NCBI GenBank assembly: GCA_047495785.1
Contig: JBLDXI010000011.1
Coordinates: 1,884,905-1,948,904, forward strand
Direction: 5' to 3'
Source of the DNA: Lepidodermella squamata
Lineage: Eukaryota > Animalia > Gastrotricha
DNA length: 64,000 bases
Part shown: piece after piece, positions 24,194 through 38,233 of the stretch
How positions within the stretch are numbered: the stretch's first letter is position 1
Layout: every line of letters starts with the position of its first letter
Made by a program: the position numbers and the translations under genes
The notes under the pieces: generated by a model
The model's database searches: none
What the model saw: only the letters and a program-made list of their open reading frames with translations
What the model was told of the DNA's origin: nothing

Positions 24194-25806
24194 TAATTAG
24201 GTCTTAGGTCATAGATTGTCTTGTTTGTCTTGTTTGTCTTGTTGTCTCTTTTAGTGCCTCCGCTTATCGGCCGATAAGCGGAGGGACTGAAAGAGACAAC
24301 ATGAAATAAGCGGAGTGTCCCTCCGCTTATTAGTGATGATGAAACAATGGTAAAAAAGGGACATCGGAGTATAATGACTGAAAACCACAAGTGACGGAAA
24401 ATGATGGAAAACGCGTGTCGTAGGCTATTTTAGGCTCCTCCAATGCCTAAGCCTATCTGAGGCCAACTTCGATCTGCAAAATGCTGAATTCGTCAAATGT
24501 TTGAAAAAATGAGCAAAGCTTAAATAAGGCCAAATTCGAGGTTGCTATTTTTTTCATTTTCGGCCGAATCTCAGAATGCATATCGAAGCCTAACTTGGAG
24601 GTTGGCCATTTTGCCTCGAGGCCAAGCAAAAAATGGCCAAGTTGGCCAAGTTGGCGTTGAAAAAGAGGAATCCGTGTATTTTATTAATGCGTCCGGAGAA
24701 AAAAAGCTGTGTATCCCATGAAACGCGTCAAACAAGTAAGTACATGCCATTCTAATAAAACTTGATTCAGGTCATATACTATAGGCACATTTACGGATCC
24801 GCGGTGGTTTCCTCCGGCCACTAAAAAGCCGTGAAATGCTAGTTTTCTCTAACAATTATTTGCTCGCACGCTATTGGTCGATTCAAAAATGAACGCGGGA
24901 GTCGCATTAATGCCGCTGCGAAACAAAATAACCGTCGACTTCACAGATTCATGGCTTATAATTCAGACCGGCCCGAATAAAAGAGCTTCATTTTCAGATG
25001 GTTTTAAGAAGGTTTTCTGTGAAAATGATTGGAACAATTTTCCGAAAAAATCCCAAATCCATTGAAATCAATAATTGAAAAAAATTAGCAAAGGCTGTGA
25101 ATTTCATCCCAATTTCAACATTTTTGACGCATTAAAATCACCAAAATATATCGCCGAAAATTCAAGAGAAAATTGTCAATAAAAAGCATGGAAAAATTAG
25201 ACGCAAAATTCAGCTTAACTTGATAATGAAAACAAAAGAGGGGTTATTATCACCATCTTCGATCCTGAACACAGCTTTTTTCAGGTGGAATTTGAAATTG
25301 GAATATCAATAAATTTTAGATAAAACCGAGATGAATGTCAGCCTTCAACGAAACGTCAAGAACTCGGCTGTTATATTTTTATTTCTCTTATTTTCGTGTT
25401 ACTCCGTCTGCTATTTCAACTCAGCAAAAAAGTCGGCACAACGTGGCCTATGAAGAGCTATAATAATAATAATAAAAAGGAGGAAAATAGCTGCAAATTC
25501 ATTTTATTGAATGAAGAGAAAAAACAAGCTCGATTTTATCAAATGTTATCATCAGGTTTGGCAGCAAGAGATTTACCAGAAATCTATGAATGAAATTGAT
25601 TATTAGTAATTATTAAGTATAGTAGAGGTCACTAGTGTTAACTACTAACAGCTGCGTGCAAAAAACAAGGCTTTATTGCAAGCACTAATGTGACATCGCA
25701 ATACACCAAGGACCAAGGGTAAGAAATGACGTGTTGTAAGCATTGAGTGAGAAGAAGAGTTGAAGAGAGAGAAGAGTTCAACCAATTCCAAATAAGTCGA
25801 AAATAA

Positions 25807-26597
25807 TCATTTTTTGGCACTTTTCGATCCATATTTTGACTTAATCATTTGCATCAAACTGTGATGGCGCTTTTGGTAGTTAATGGGCCTGACCGATCCA
25901 CTCGCCGGGCGACCTCGCTGCTGGGCTGCTGAGGAGCCAACTTTGTAGAAGGTGCGCCGCCCAATCGCAGTCGACTGCACGTGAATTTTAGACCCAAACC
26001 TTCGATTTCGGCTGGTCGCCAAAGATCGAGCCAAAAATGACTGAACAGCCGAATTGCCGTCATCCACAGCTTTGCTTGTTCGAAGAGCAAATTTATTCAG
26101 CAAAAAGAGGAGTGCGGGATCGCTGGCTGATTTTTCGGCCAAATTTAGCACTTTTTCGCCTAGAACAGCGAGATTAGCTCTGACATCTTCAACCTTGGGA
26201 CCTGAAGAGGGCAATAAAGTTTCATCAAGCTCAGGTTCATCGGCCCCGGGTTGCGGGAATTCGACCAAGGCCGTGTCATCAAAATTGTCATCACCATGTC
26301 CCGTTATAACTGGCTCGTTCTCCGGGCGTGGTAGGTCAGCTAAACCGAGAAACAGGTTGGTCGGGTAGTTTTTCCCGGTAGCTAAAAAAGCAATGAGCTG
26401 TTTCACTTCAGGCGTATCAATTACAAGTTTGCTGGTCGGCAAGGCAATGTTCAGCTTTTCCGCAGTGTATACCTGGGAACAATAAAACAAGTTTCCAAAT
26501 TTTCCAATTTTCGTTGCGAAAAAGGCAATAGTCCGCATCTCACCAGGTGTTTGCAGAATCTGCCTGTTCGACCCTTGGGGCAGGAACACGATAGCAC
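25807..26597 (-). mobile_element. Probable MULE/Mutator-like transposase C-terminal exon (orphan remnant)
   Basis: 260 aa open frame following an acceptor. The C-terminal KIHVQSTAIGRR...GRP...KRHHSL pattern is one I recall from invertebrate MULE-related ORFs; no catalytic core is visible. Confidence 0.45.
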
Positions 26598-26877
26598 CTA
26601 ATCCTGCTGTAAGCTTACAGTTTATTTAGTTTTTTTACTGTAATTTTTTGAAAATATGAAAAAGCAAGTCGGATGATTTTAGTCACATTTTTGCTTGTCG
26701 GATGATGAAGGAAGACATTGGTCGGATGAAAAACGTTTTCCCCCGTTTCATGTATCACGTGGGGTGTCAAACAGATCAGAACGCGCAAGGCATTGTAACA
26801 CAACTAATGAATCATTTCGAAAATTAACACAGTCTTCAGGTTAGATAAATTTATCAATATTGATGGATTCCATTACA

Positions 26878-29782
26878 CTACATCAACGAAGCTAACAATA
26901 TGCAGATTAACGACATCGCAGTTTCAAGAGCATAATTTCGATGGGCGCCGCTGGTAACGTCAGAAGCAGTAACGAGTTTAGGCTTTCCATTAGGCCCATC
27001 TCTATTGCAGTCAAGTCCAACAGCAGCAGTTGGTGGGGATCGACAAGCTTCGGTTACTTGCCTCATTTCCTTCGCCGACAGGGGTGAATCGTAGACTGAG
27101 ATACAGGCCATATTGTCACCTTCCATCAAGCCGTACTTCGTATTGGTTTCGCGATCTAAAGCCCCTCCGACTACAATCGACGGCACCCACTGAATGGCCG
27201 AGTCTGATGCGTAGAACAGCCTCCGATCGACATTTGTTGAATTCGAGTACATGGTATTCGTTTCATATCCAAGGTTCAAGTAGTAGGAAACAATAAGAGT
27301 AATCGATTTATGGAATTGGTAAATCGTCAATTGCTGATCACTCGAATTATAAGTAAGTCCAATGAAATTCCAGGCCCAGCAGAGATCTGGTAAAGCTAGA
27401 GACGCTGCGACACTGCTGTTCCTTTTGTTGTAAACTTTGATATTGAGCATGTAGTCCTTTGTGCAATGAAGGGTTAGAAACGAGTTCTCCAGTTCCATCT
27501 CAAAAAGTCCACTAGGCCGGCCATCGCCTCGATCTGGCTTTCCACTACCTCGGTAGCTCACACTTTCGAAGAAAGCAACTGAAAATCCTGTTGGTTTCAG
27601 TGGTACCATTGTCTTGTACACAGCCAGAGTTTTATTTTCCCTCGTGTCCATATCACTGCAGCAGAAACCAGCAGCAAAGCTGAGGTAGCCGGAAAATTCT
27701 CCGTAGGGCGAACTACTATCCAAAGCAGCACTATACGATTTGCTATCTGGTTTTATCCCGCAAATTGCGTCGTTCAGTTGCGTGCTTTTGTCCAGATATG
27801 GCGCAAATACAAGAGATTTAGGATTCGGCCATGGAACACCACGTTGTACTGAAAGAAATAACTATTGGTTAGATGCACATTGAAAAAGACAGGTTGCTGT
27901 AACCTTCTTATTACAACATCATGAACAGGTGGCAAAGATGTTATGTAATAGGTACTTGATATATATTAGCTGGCGAAATTGAAATTATGATTATCATGTG
28001 ACGTACTAGGACGTCGGGGCTCCTATCTCCACATACAAAATTCTCGTCACGTGCCGGAATAATGCAAATGATTCACGTAACCGCGGACTAAACATAGTTA
28101 TTTAATGGCAAATTGAAAATTATTTATTTTAATTATTTTTGGTTATTTATTTTGGTTATTTTGGTTAATCGGAATTAAAAAAAAATTCCAGATTTGTAAA
28201 GATTGCTTAAAGATTCGTTTTTCATACGCAGAAAAAATGGCTTGAGATTATTGCTAAAACGCTCAAGTCGGGGCCCATATTAGTTCCGTTCGGCCCCCAA
28301 GCGTCAGTTGCGCAATTGGATGGTGAAAGTGGGCTCAACGCAAAACACCAAGTCGAAATTTTGAATGGAATTTCGGCCTAAAAGGTCTATTTTCGAGGCG
28401 TTGGCCCAAGCACGGCGGAGAACTATGGGAACCAGTGCTATTGTTGGGCACTCGCCGTTCGGGCCGGGACTTGATACAGTTATCGGGTCGGGCGTTGGTT
28501 GTAGGATGATCCAAGCCCGGCGGCCCGAGTAAAGCGCTGGTTTCTATTGTTGTCCGCCGTGCCAACATCTTGGGCGGCGGCCGGCCCGTGTGCGGTGGAG
28601 CGTGATTCTTTCGAATTTGTTAAATTTACAGTGAACGTCGCATACGGGCATGTTTTAAAGCGGCCCGAGCTCGGAGCTGCAAATCATTCTTACCCGTCCG
28701 CACACGACCAGAATTCGGGCTGGGGCCTCATTCTCGCGCGGAAAATTAAAATAAATCAGTTTTACACCACCTTTTTGCGCGCAAGTCATTCACAGGAAAA
28801 GAGCCGCTTTTTCCATATCACCTCGCGCCTCAAAAGGGATTTAAACAAGCCTAAATACGAGTTATTCAACGACGCTAACGATATCGCATACCATATGCAG
28901 TGTTGTCAACGAATGCAGCCATCTTACTTACCGTTTCCGTCACGCTTGCAGTCAACTGTCGGGGATTTCTTAGGAGCCTCACGACATGATTCCGGCAATA
29001 GCCCGATTTCTTTCGAATTCAATGCGGCATTGAACATCGAGAAACAGAACAAGTTCTGTCCGGGCCGGAATCCCCATTCTCGGTAAACATCCCTATCCAA
29101 AGCATTACCGAGCGTTACTTGACTCCATTCTCCGCCGATTTGCACGGGCTTGGACATATTGCCAGAAGCCGACTTTGTTGAATTGGTCTTAGGATCGATG
29201 ACAAAGGCCGTTAGTTGGCTCGCTGAACTATCGTGGGATATCGCAAAAAATCGCCAATTATCAACCCCACAAGCGCTTGAGACGTTGAGCTTGATTGTCA
29301 TATTTATATCGTCCTTATCAAAAATTTTGACGATCAGGTCATCTGACAAGCAGACAACTGTTAGAAATGACTTGTCGGTTTCAAGTTCCAGCAAACCAGC
29401 ATCAGTGTTAGGCAATGATCTCAGGTAAAACGATAGTGTGAAGCTAGGCTTTATCGGAATGGGACGATAGATTGTTAGATAGTCCCAATTTCTTCCAATG
29501 TCTGTACTCAAAGAGTACGAACCAGATTGATTGTTAAATGGGTCGTTTCTCGGTATAAATGCGGCATAAGAGCTCGTGTTTACTGGAGCTAAGTTGCAGA
29601 TTCTATCATTTAAATCGTTGTTTCTGTCCATCTGGGCATGAAATACTAAAGCGTCGAGTCTCGGCCAGGCAATGGCTGCTGTCGAAATTGATGTACAGTT
29701 AGCATTCAAAATTGTATTAGTGCATGATCATACCTGGAGCTAAAGACCCGAATGATAACAATACAAGATAAACCGGCTTCAT
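26878..29782 (-). CDS. LamG-like family copy 3, intact, 588 aa; exons 29782-29734, 29678-28932, 27848-26878
   Basis: Spliced length 1767 nt, open; same intron positions and phases as copy 1; intron 2 expanded to 1083 bp. Confidence 0.85.
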
Positions 29783-30553
29783 CACGACGCAGCTGGGCAA
29801 GTTAAATCAATAAGATTTTAAACTGATCCACACTTTCAATAACTTCAAGGCCGACGCCGTGTCAAGCATGCATGTGATGTAAATGCCATTGACACAGCAG
29901 CTTTTCATGTTAATAATGTTGAGTCAATAGTATTAATACCTTTAATACGGATGAAATATTACGGAGCATGTCGTCGTGAATGTGATTCAATATGTCAAAT
30001 GTACCTAGATTATCATTTGCGGCTTTGTCGCCAAGAGAACGCGGCATTCAAGAGCAAATATTAGAAAGTTGGCTTTTTACGCGAAAATTGCTATGCTACG
30101 ATCTTGGATGCCGGAGCTGCCATGGAAGCAAAATTTTTTTGTTGATGTATTTGTGAAAGTTACTCATATTACTCAAAATGCTCAACATGTGCTCAGAAAC
30201 ACAACGTGTGCCCAACCTTAACCGCGGTCCACCCAAGTCACTGGTGCCATAGAGAACAGAAGTACAAGAGAGAAAATCGCGCTGGAAACTTGAAACATTA
30301 ATTCGAAGCGGTTTTCTTCGAGCGGGATCTTTTGTGGATAGAAATGGTCAGCAGACCACTTATACTTCGACCCTACTACAATTTATGTTGAAGGAATCGC
30401 GTTCGTCATTAGATCATTTGATAGTCATTAGATTTTTCTGAATCACTCATTTATTACATTAATAGGAATCTGTCAATCGCCAAAATGTCCAACATTCACA
30501 ATTCTATTAAGAAAAAATTATGAAAAGGAACAGAAGTAGCATATTTATATGAA

Positions 30554-31921
30554 CGGTAAAATAAAATCTGCCGCCCCAAAAGGTAATAGTCCGCCCTCGT
30601 TTAGAGGTGCGCCCTAAAGTAAACAAAGTCGCCTTGACTGGTTAAACCACCGCCCATTTTCATTTATCCAACTTGGGCAGCAAATTGTTTATTTAAATCA
30701 GTGCTTCGCAAACTCGGATTTTTTCCGGCCACGTGTGGCCGGCTGGGCAGATCATGGCGGCCCATTGGCTGGCGGTACGATTTTCTCAAAGGATTGCTGG
30801 AATGCGGCCGGATGCCTTGTTTCGCACGATCATAACCCGAAAATCAGCCCGTTATGCACTATTTTCAGCTAAAATTGTGGCTGGAGCTTAGGCTTTCCGG
30901 CCGCCAAAAATGCCGATGGTGAAAACAGTTTGCGGAGCACTGATATAAGCTGTTCGAATAAGACCTTCGGATGAGGATAGCAGCCCGATGGGCGATACAT
31001 AGCACGGTCTACCAAATAAAACTACACGTTATAGGTTAGCGCTACCGTTGATCTAATAGCGATGGCTGTTCGCAATAGGTCTTAGCTCTTTAATAGCCAT
31101 ATCGCAAATTTTTTGACAACAAAACTGAACAGCAAAGTTAGTTCCTATTTATTACAGGTAGTAACTGTAGTGACCATTTTAGTGACCGGACATCGAATCC
31201 TTCACACATAGCTTATCCGGCGCGTAAACATTCGAACGCAGATAATCCCTTGATCCCCGGCAAGTCGCTTTAACGCGGCGAGCTTGCAACACCTTCGACA
31301 GGCATGCGAGGGGCGCAGCGGGTGTGTGAACTTTCAGTAGTAGTAAAATGCTTGAAGAGAGATGCAACCAACGTCGTAATTTGTTCGGCCTGTAATAAGC
31401 ATGCCTTGAACATAAATCCGCCCTAAAACCTCTTGGAGTAATGACTCATTATTCTTCCTAGCAAAACCTGGCCGGTGGACGATTGGTAAGTGTCTTATGT
31501 CCTAATATGTCCCTGCTCAAGGATTAGTGGCTATTGCTTTTACGACTATTGCTTTACTGCTCAGATCCCAAAAAATCGTCCGCGCGATATTCCTATCGCT
31601 ATCGTCCGCGGTAATCATATCCCATGTAGTAGTTATTTTGGTTCATATACCGGTTCAGCCGATGTAATATTGATACCAAATAAAGGAATAGAGATGCGGT
31701 TAATAGGCATCATCATCACATTTGTGTTTTTCTTATTCTAACGGGGCGACGTTTTATATTTCAAGGCGTCTGATTATCAGTCAGGTGCGGCTTTTCGCCT
31801 TGAGGGGCGGATTAAGGTGGATTAGTGCGGCGATCACGCAATGAGGGCGACTTTATTTATTTTTGGGCGACAGAAATGGGGCGAACTTTTACCTTTTTGG
31901 GCGACAGATTTTACCTCACCC
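30554..31921. mobile_element. Non-autonomous MULE-like element
   Basis: About 85 bp imperfect TIRs; 10 bp TSD TTTATAwGAA (30544-30553, 31922-31931). Confidence 0.65.
30699..30942. mobile_element. Nested hAT-like MITE
   Basis: TIR CAGTGCTyCGCAAACT; degenerate 8 bp flanks (5/8 match). Confidence 0.55.
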
Positions 31922-32484
31922 TTTATAAGAACCATCAGGATGAGCAACATCGAAACCTCAGGTTATAGAAGATTCATAATTATATTATTTATCAGGCTGG
32001 TATTAATTGATCCATTTATTATTTTTAAAACATGACAAAAGTCTATTTACAGGCGTCGGATTTCTAATGACTGAATGTTTAGTATCTTTAGGTTTGCTTC
32101 GTAATTAGGTCGATTAGGATCAAGATCGGAGTAGCCCTGAGGCATACGTGTCGTGTAAAACATTTCTGGACACTTTCGATCAAACGGGGATCACCAATTA
32201 GGGTTGGCGACCACACACTAATCGCATGTTCTAAAAGAGGACGCACATAGACACAATAAGCCCGTCACGGGACCTTGGCCTTTAACCCTCTAAGGCCGGG
32301 AGCGTGTATACTCAAACTACGACTTTTCACCTTGAATTCTCATACTTCCGGATTTTTGCCGGCCAAATGGTTTGGCATACTTTTAGATGACCATCTAAAT
32401 ACCCCGATTCCGAAACCCGCAGACTCGCCGCGTTGATGACGTAACACAGGTGAACGCGCAAATCACCTGTAGAGCTAGTTTTAA

Positions 32485-33441
32485 GATAGAGTTCCTACTC
32501 CTGACCAAGCCTGTGAACGCCATGGGCGCCAGATGTTGTGATGAATCAGCATCGAGTGGTTGGAAAAGTAAACAAATCGGGTGATTTTTCGATTCCCGAT
32601 ATCTCATTAACGGAAATTTCCTTGATGGAGAATTTGGTGGTATCCGATACCGCTTGAAATGCTGATCTCATCACTATTATTTTTTCGAAATTTTCGGAGC
32701 AATGTAAAGCAGTGAAATCAAGAAAAATGATTTTTTGATTTCAAATAAATCAACATTAACTAATAAGTAAATCGAAGTTGAAGCATATTTATAATATGGT
32801 GGGTAGTTCTAATCAAGCTCTACATTTTGATGCTTGGAGCGAGCTTGGAGGATTTTTTCCTGATTTTCCATAATTTTACAAATTATTCTGCTTGGTTTTT
32901 TACATTATAAAGATCGAGACTGCTCGCTGGATTCCATCCAGAACCTTTGTTGACAGCACGTGCGCCACGTGCACACGTCGTGTGGCTGGATCGAGCTCAG
33001 AGCTGGAACGGAGTTCCAATATAGTGAAAAACCCTTCATGCAAGAAATAAAAAATTCCAGAAAATCGGAAAAAAATCTTCCAAGCTCGCTCCAAGCATCA
33101 AAATGTAGAGCTTGATCAGAATTACCTGGTCCATTAAAAATACCCTTTAATTTCGCTGCCTTACTGGCAGTTGTCAGGTTTTATTGATTGATCAATTTTG
33201 TTTTGATGCGATTTTCCCCATTTCAAATATCATTAAAATTTCGGAAAAAAATCAGTGTGTTCGTCTTTGCAAGAGCTATCTCGAACCGCCGGAGATGATT
33301 GATTTTGATTAATCGTTCACGAATAATGAGCGATCGAAAAATCACCCGATTTGTTTACTTTTCCAACCACTCGATGCTGATTCATCACAACATCTGGCGC
33401 CCATGGCGTTTACAGGCTTTGTCAGGAGTAGGAACTCTACC
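32485..33441. mobile_element. Foldback MITE with TTAA flanks (Kolobok-like)
   Basis: About 110 bp near-perfect TIRs GrTAGAGTTCCTACTCC...; second internal IR pair at about 32810-32870 and 33060-33120. Confidence 0.75.
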
Positions 33442-34499
33442 TTAAAACTAGCTACTAGCTCTATGGATCTACTGTATTTATTTATCTATGCTCGATCTTT
33501 ACAGGTCAACTTTTTCGCGTGCCTGATGGCTGGAAAAAAAATTGAACGCCAGTTTTTTCTGCGCATCAAATGCATTACGCCATTTGTTTCTATTTCCGGC
33601 ACACTGTTCTGGCGCGAAAGGCGCGATATAGGGCTTGGTTTTTTAGATATATGGCCAATCACTAAAAACCACGTCTCCCTAGCAACTAAGAAAAAAACGC
33701 AGCTGCGCACTTATGATTCTTCGCTAGCTCTTTAACAGCCCTCGTTAGCTGCATCCCTAGATAAGTGCACGACCCACAGCCCCGACCCCGTGCACTAATC
33801 GAGGGAGCACTGTAGTTGCCAGAAGCCAGCGCCTTCCTGTTTGCGTTCGCAGCAAGGCCGGTTCGAAGTGAATCCGCCGATTCCTTGCACAACATCTCTG
33901 CGTACTCGGCCCGTTCTTCCGGCCCCAACCCCCGAGCCATCCGCTACGTATTGTTTCCGAATGGCGCACACTTTTTTTACATGGCACGTGGGTCCGCTCA
34001 CGTTTGGTCCGCCGACTTGAAAAATAACGCACATTTTTTAATTCAGCGAACCACGACCCAGCGGGACCGATACTATGGGAGCATGTAGGTCAAAATTATT
34101 TCAATTCATATTTTTTTAATGGCGCAAAAAATAATTAGGTGGCACATACGCCTCCTCAAACATATCCCTGGTCTGCTAAGAATTGGTTCGCTGGCCGCAA
34201 TGTCGTCTGAAAAATGATGAAAAAAATTTTCCTCGTCTGGAAAGCAGAAATTCAGAATTTCGAAATTTTTGAACTATTTTTGAAAGTACTCAGTTCTCTG
34301 ATGGGCAAATTTGTTTTTGTTGCTACGATTGCGGATATAGCAGTCTCAGTTCAATTCTTGTTCTAATGGGCCTAAAGAATGTGAATACTGATGAAATATT
34401 ACGGCGCATGTCATCGTGAATGTAATCCAATGTGCTCAAAGGTATAGTGTACCTGGAAAATTATCTTTGAAAATTACAAAAAATGGGTCACATGCAATT

Positions 34500-34980
34500 G
34501 ACACAGCAGCAAATAGGCAATATGCCCAAAGAAAGTGATAATAGACCGGAGTGTCCTCTCCTGGAAAGTTTGAAACTCTCGGATCAAAAGGATCAATTTG
34601 AAATCTATGAACTGGATGAACTACTAGAAAATCCAACAGACCAAATGTCAACAAATGGTGGTTGGAAACTAAAAGGCTAGGAGGCAAAATAATGACAAAT
34701 AAGGGTGATCGGTGGCCCTTTCTTTCCGCACAAGGAGATTCACAAGCTCATGTAACGGTCAAACGACAAGAAGACGCTAAACCAGATCGATCACATCACG
34801 GTCATCCGCCGCTGGCGAAGTTCTCTTCAGGATGTTAAAGGCCATCGCGGGGCCAACATGAGCAAAGACCACATGCTAGTTGTAGGCTCTGTATACGCCT
34901 AAACCTGGCGCCACCGAAGGGAAGGGTGGCGCTCTGAGGGATCCTGAAGTAAGGTCAAAGTTTTCGCGAAGTCTGACTGA
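34500..34980 (+). mobile_element. RTE-clade LINE endonuclease remnant
   Basis: FPHKEIHK...NQIDHI...RRWRSSLQDVKGHRGANMSKDHMLVV, interrupted by stops. Confidence 0.8.
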
Positions 34981-35342
34981 CTCAGTCAATTCGTGAAATC
35001 TCGTCCCCACTCGCCTAAAGGCTCGCTCCGACTCTTTTCCCCCGTTTCATTCGTATTAGTCGATCTATATTACGTGCTACTCAAAAATATAGATTTGATG
35101 CTACTGATTCGTGTATCTTTGTAGGCAACATCCGAAAGCTATTAGGATGGACAAATTCGTTAAATTGATGGAACTGTGAATTAGCAAAGTCGAAATCCCG
35201 AAATCGTTGAGTAAATCTGACTTTAATTAACGACGTTCAGCGATTGTTACATCTTCTGTTATTTGTTGAGTAAGACAAACGTTTTCTTGAGATACGAAAT
35301 ATTTCACAATATTAAAACAGCATAAACACGGCATGAATGTCC

Positions 35343-37535
35343 CTAAATCAAGTCGTTTAAACCTCCGTGAGACAAATCTCCAAATAGATATCTTCCGCTG
35401 TAGTTGTCGAATGAGCATACTAATGGTTCCGTTTTAGGCACGAATCTCCGAGTTGGAGCTAGCGAAAAGTGCGAAGCTGATTCCCCAAAGCCGCTGCGGC
35501 TGATGACCAAAGCATCCATCTCAATCAATATCAGCCAGTCCAGCCACGATTTCGCAGCCTGAAGCCATATAAAATCGTCCATTAGATCCGTCTCAGGCAA
35601 CATATCGATATGCTGAACAGTTAGGTTTTGCATTCCATCAGTTGAGAATATTTTTATCCGGCTGGAATTTACGATGCCTGGGCCAAGTAAATTCAGAATT
35701 TCGCTGTAAGTTATCGCCCAATCTGTTGTCATGAAAAGCGTGACATTATTCCCACGAAAGTCGGGAGAATCTAGCACGCGAAGAACTTCGTTCGCGTAGC
35801 ATTTCAGCTCTGGAAGCCTTGACATGTCATGAAGGTTGTCAATATCTGAAATGATCGGATAGCATGAGACATTTGAAACTACTGCTAAACCAGTAACAGT
35901 TGAAAAGTGGATCTTGACCATTGTGTACCATTTTTGAAATTGCTGGAATGTGAGGTAAGGACAAACCGTGGAGTGCTTCGGGTTCATTAGGGGTATTGTT
36001 CGTATATAGCCAACCGAAAACCACTTACATACTTACATAAAATTACGTGAATTTTGCAGGGATCCGACTAGGTCCAGCTCTGAGGGGGGTAAATCGAGCA
36101 TTTTGAGCCCCAAATTTTACAAATAAACAGAGGGCAAATCAACCCTTACGTTTTTCAGAAATGTTCGAACGCCAGGGGCTTTTACTGCCTCAATTTTATG
36201 TCAAAAGATTCCCCGTGTTGCAATGTAGTATTTCGCCAAGTTGCCTCCAAGAATCTAGTCAAAAATGAATGCAAAGTAGCATTTCGAAAATTTGGCTACC
36301 ATGGCTAATAAGCCAGGTTTGACTAGGCCTGATAAGGATTTGACATATTTTTCCGATTCCGGAAAACAATTTGCGAAAATAACCAGTCCACCAGTCGTTT
36401 TTACGTTTCTCAGAGCTCAACTATTGTAATTGAAAATAACGAGAAGGAACTAGAACTTGAAAATATGCTTTGTTCCAAAACAAAGAATATTCCAGCTCAA
36501 AAATGTGAAAATTGCGTAAAAATTCCATGATTCAATTGTTACCAGTCATTCGGTGGAACACACTTGTTTTTCCTACTTACACAAAGTCCGAATTTGAAGA
36601 CCAAGTTTGATAGAATTATCCCAAAACTCGCGACCAACTGTATTGGATATCACGCTGTTGAATAGCTCTTTCAACTTGGCGTTAGGTCGGCCGAACATGA
36701 GGCGGATCGCGGCTGAAATCGCGACGTTCAAGTCATCGCTGTAGCTCAACAATCCAGGTGCTGATTTATTAAAGTTGGCTTGAAAAGCCTTATTCCGCAA
36801 AATCGTATCTAGACCAGCATGCCGGTTACTCTTAATCTTCAGATCGCTATACTGCTCATGCTCTTCTATAAATTTCTCGTTGGAAAAAAGTTCCATATAC
36901 GGTTCGTCGGGTAAGTCTCCTTGATGCAACAGCCATTTAATATTTTCTGAGCGTTTCGCGGTGACTTTTTGAAACGTCTCAGCATCCACGTCGTAGAAAT
37001 GCTCGTTCATTTCAAAATAATCAGCTGCATCCGACGGTCGTTGCCACTCCATGTTGAAAACGCGACCAGTGCCTATTGCGAGGTAAAAGGCAATGACAGC
37101 GCCTCGAAGTCGATCTCCGAGACCGTGGCATTCAGGCCGTTTTATTTTGCACTTGGCCGAAGGATCACGACCACTCAGAGATGGGAACATAAAGTCGTAA
37201 CACGTGTCGTTGCCAAGCTTTGGGAATCTGCAGGTAGTCGTTAGTAACTTGAGCGATTCACCTCGCCTCATTTTCTGTGCCATCACTTTGAAATAGTGCT
37301 CAGTAATGGATTTGGCCAGATCGATAGCTTTCCCTGGTTTCGGCGAGATTTCGATAGGTTGATCATATTCATCCATAGAAACCTGCTGGTCATATTCACG
37401 CGATTTAGAGATAGGTCCAGAGATAGCGACATGTGAACTGGGAATTTGCTGGCGAGAGAGTAATGCGATTACAAGCAAAGCTACAACAGCTGCAACTGAG
37501 GCTACTAAAAATTTGTGTGCATCATTCTGAGCCAT
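35343..37535 (-). CDS. GT-B fucosyltransferase-like protein (alpha-1,2/1,6 superfamily; GT11/GT23/GT37/NodZ-like), 485 aa; exons 37535-36581, 35845-35343
   Basis: Type II TM anchor; GLGDRLRG...LAIGTGR; motif I GLQIRT, motif II FMTTD, motif III DWLIL.EMDALVISRSGFG. A phase-1 splice gives an open 1458 nt frame. Confidence 0.82.
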
Positions 37536-37884
37536 CGGTCAAGGAGAACGCTAACAGGAATTCGTGTTCACAACTTACATTGAGAAGGATTAACTAGGAG
37601 GATTGGTTATATTTACTCGTGATGTGAGGCAAGTCAAAACGGATAGATCAAACAGTCAGCCATTCGCGATGTTACGCTCACACTTCTTGCGCGCGAGCCA
37701 GAGCCCGACCGCGCTTATTGATTGAGTTGAGTGGCCGAACGATAGACATCGATAGACAAATCGGAAAGTAGCGATCTTCCTATAGTAAATAAATTCACAC
37801 CAAAACGTGAAAAAGTGGGTACGCGACCTTCAGTTTTATTCACTCATATCCGCACATTGTACTTTTTTAGTTTTTTTTATTAAT

Positions 37885-38233
37885 TTCCAAAATTCCTAGA
37901 GAAAAACTGTTATTTCCCAAAAATTCCGAAACAATTTTATGGGACGGTTTTTTGTTTTTTTAACTTTTTTAAATTGTCTCAAAGTTGGTGAAAACACTCT
38001 TCTAAAACACATAGTATTTTTCTTCGAATTTTTCGGCGTAAAATAAAAAAGTTTACCGCGCCCTGAAAGATTCTTAAAATGGCAATTTTTCGTATAAGTG
38101 ACTTGAGACAATATAAAAAAGTTAAAAAAAACCGCCTCATGACACGGGCATTCGATAGAGGAGCGCTTGTGGTATTCCGGAATTTTTTTAGAATTTTCGG
38201 GAAATGAAAGTTTTTCTCTGGGAATTTTAGAAA
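37885..38233. mobile_element. AT-rich MITE-like palindrome
   Basis: About 50 bp imperfect terminal IR (aaaattcctagagaaaaact / agtttttctctgggaatttt). Confidence 0.5.

Noticed and set aside
17740-29428. Recurrent plus-strand ORFs (17740, 18906, 27030, 29150 and others)
   Set aside because: Antisense shadows of the duplicated LamG exons.
33686-34088. GC-rich overlapping short ORFs
   Set aside because: No recognisable domain or consistent splice model.
9981-37535. Bacterial contamination as the source of the glycosyltransferases
   Set aside because: Both have spliceosomal introns and type II anchors and lie among animal genes and transposons.
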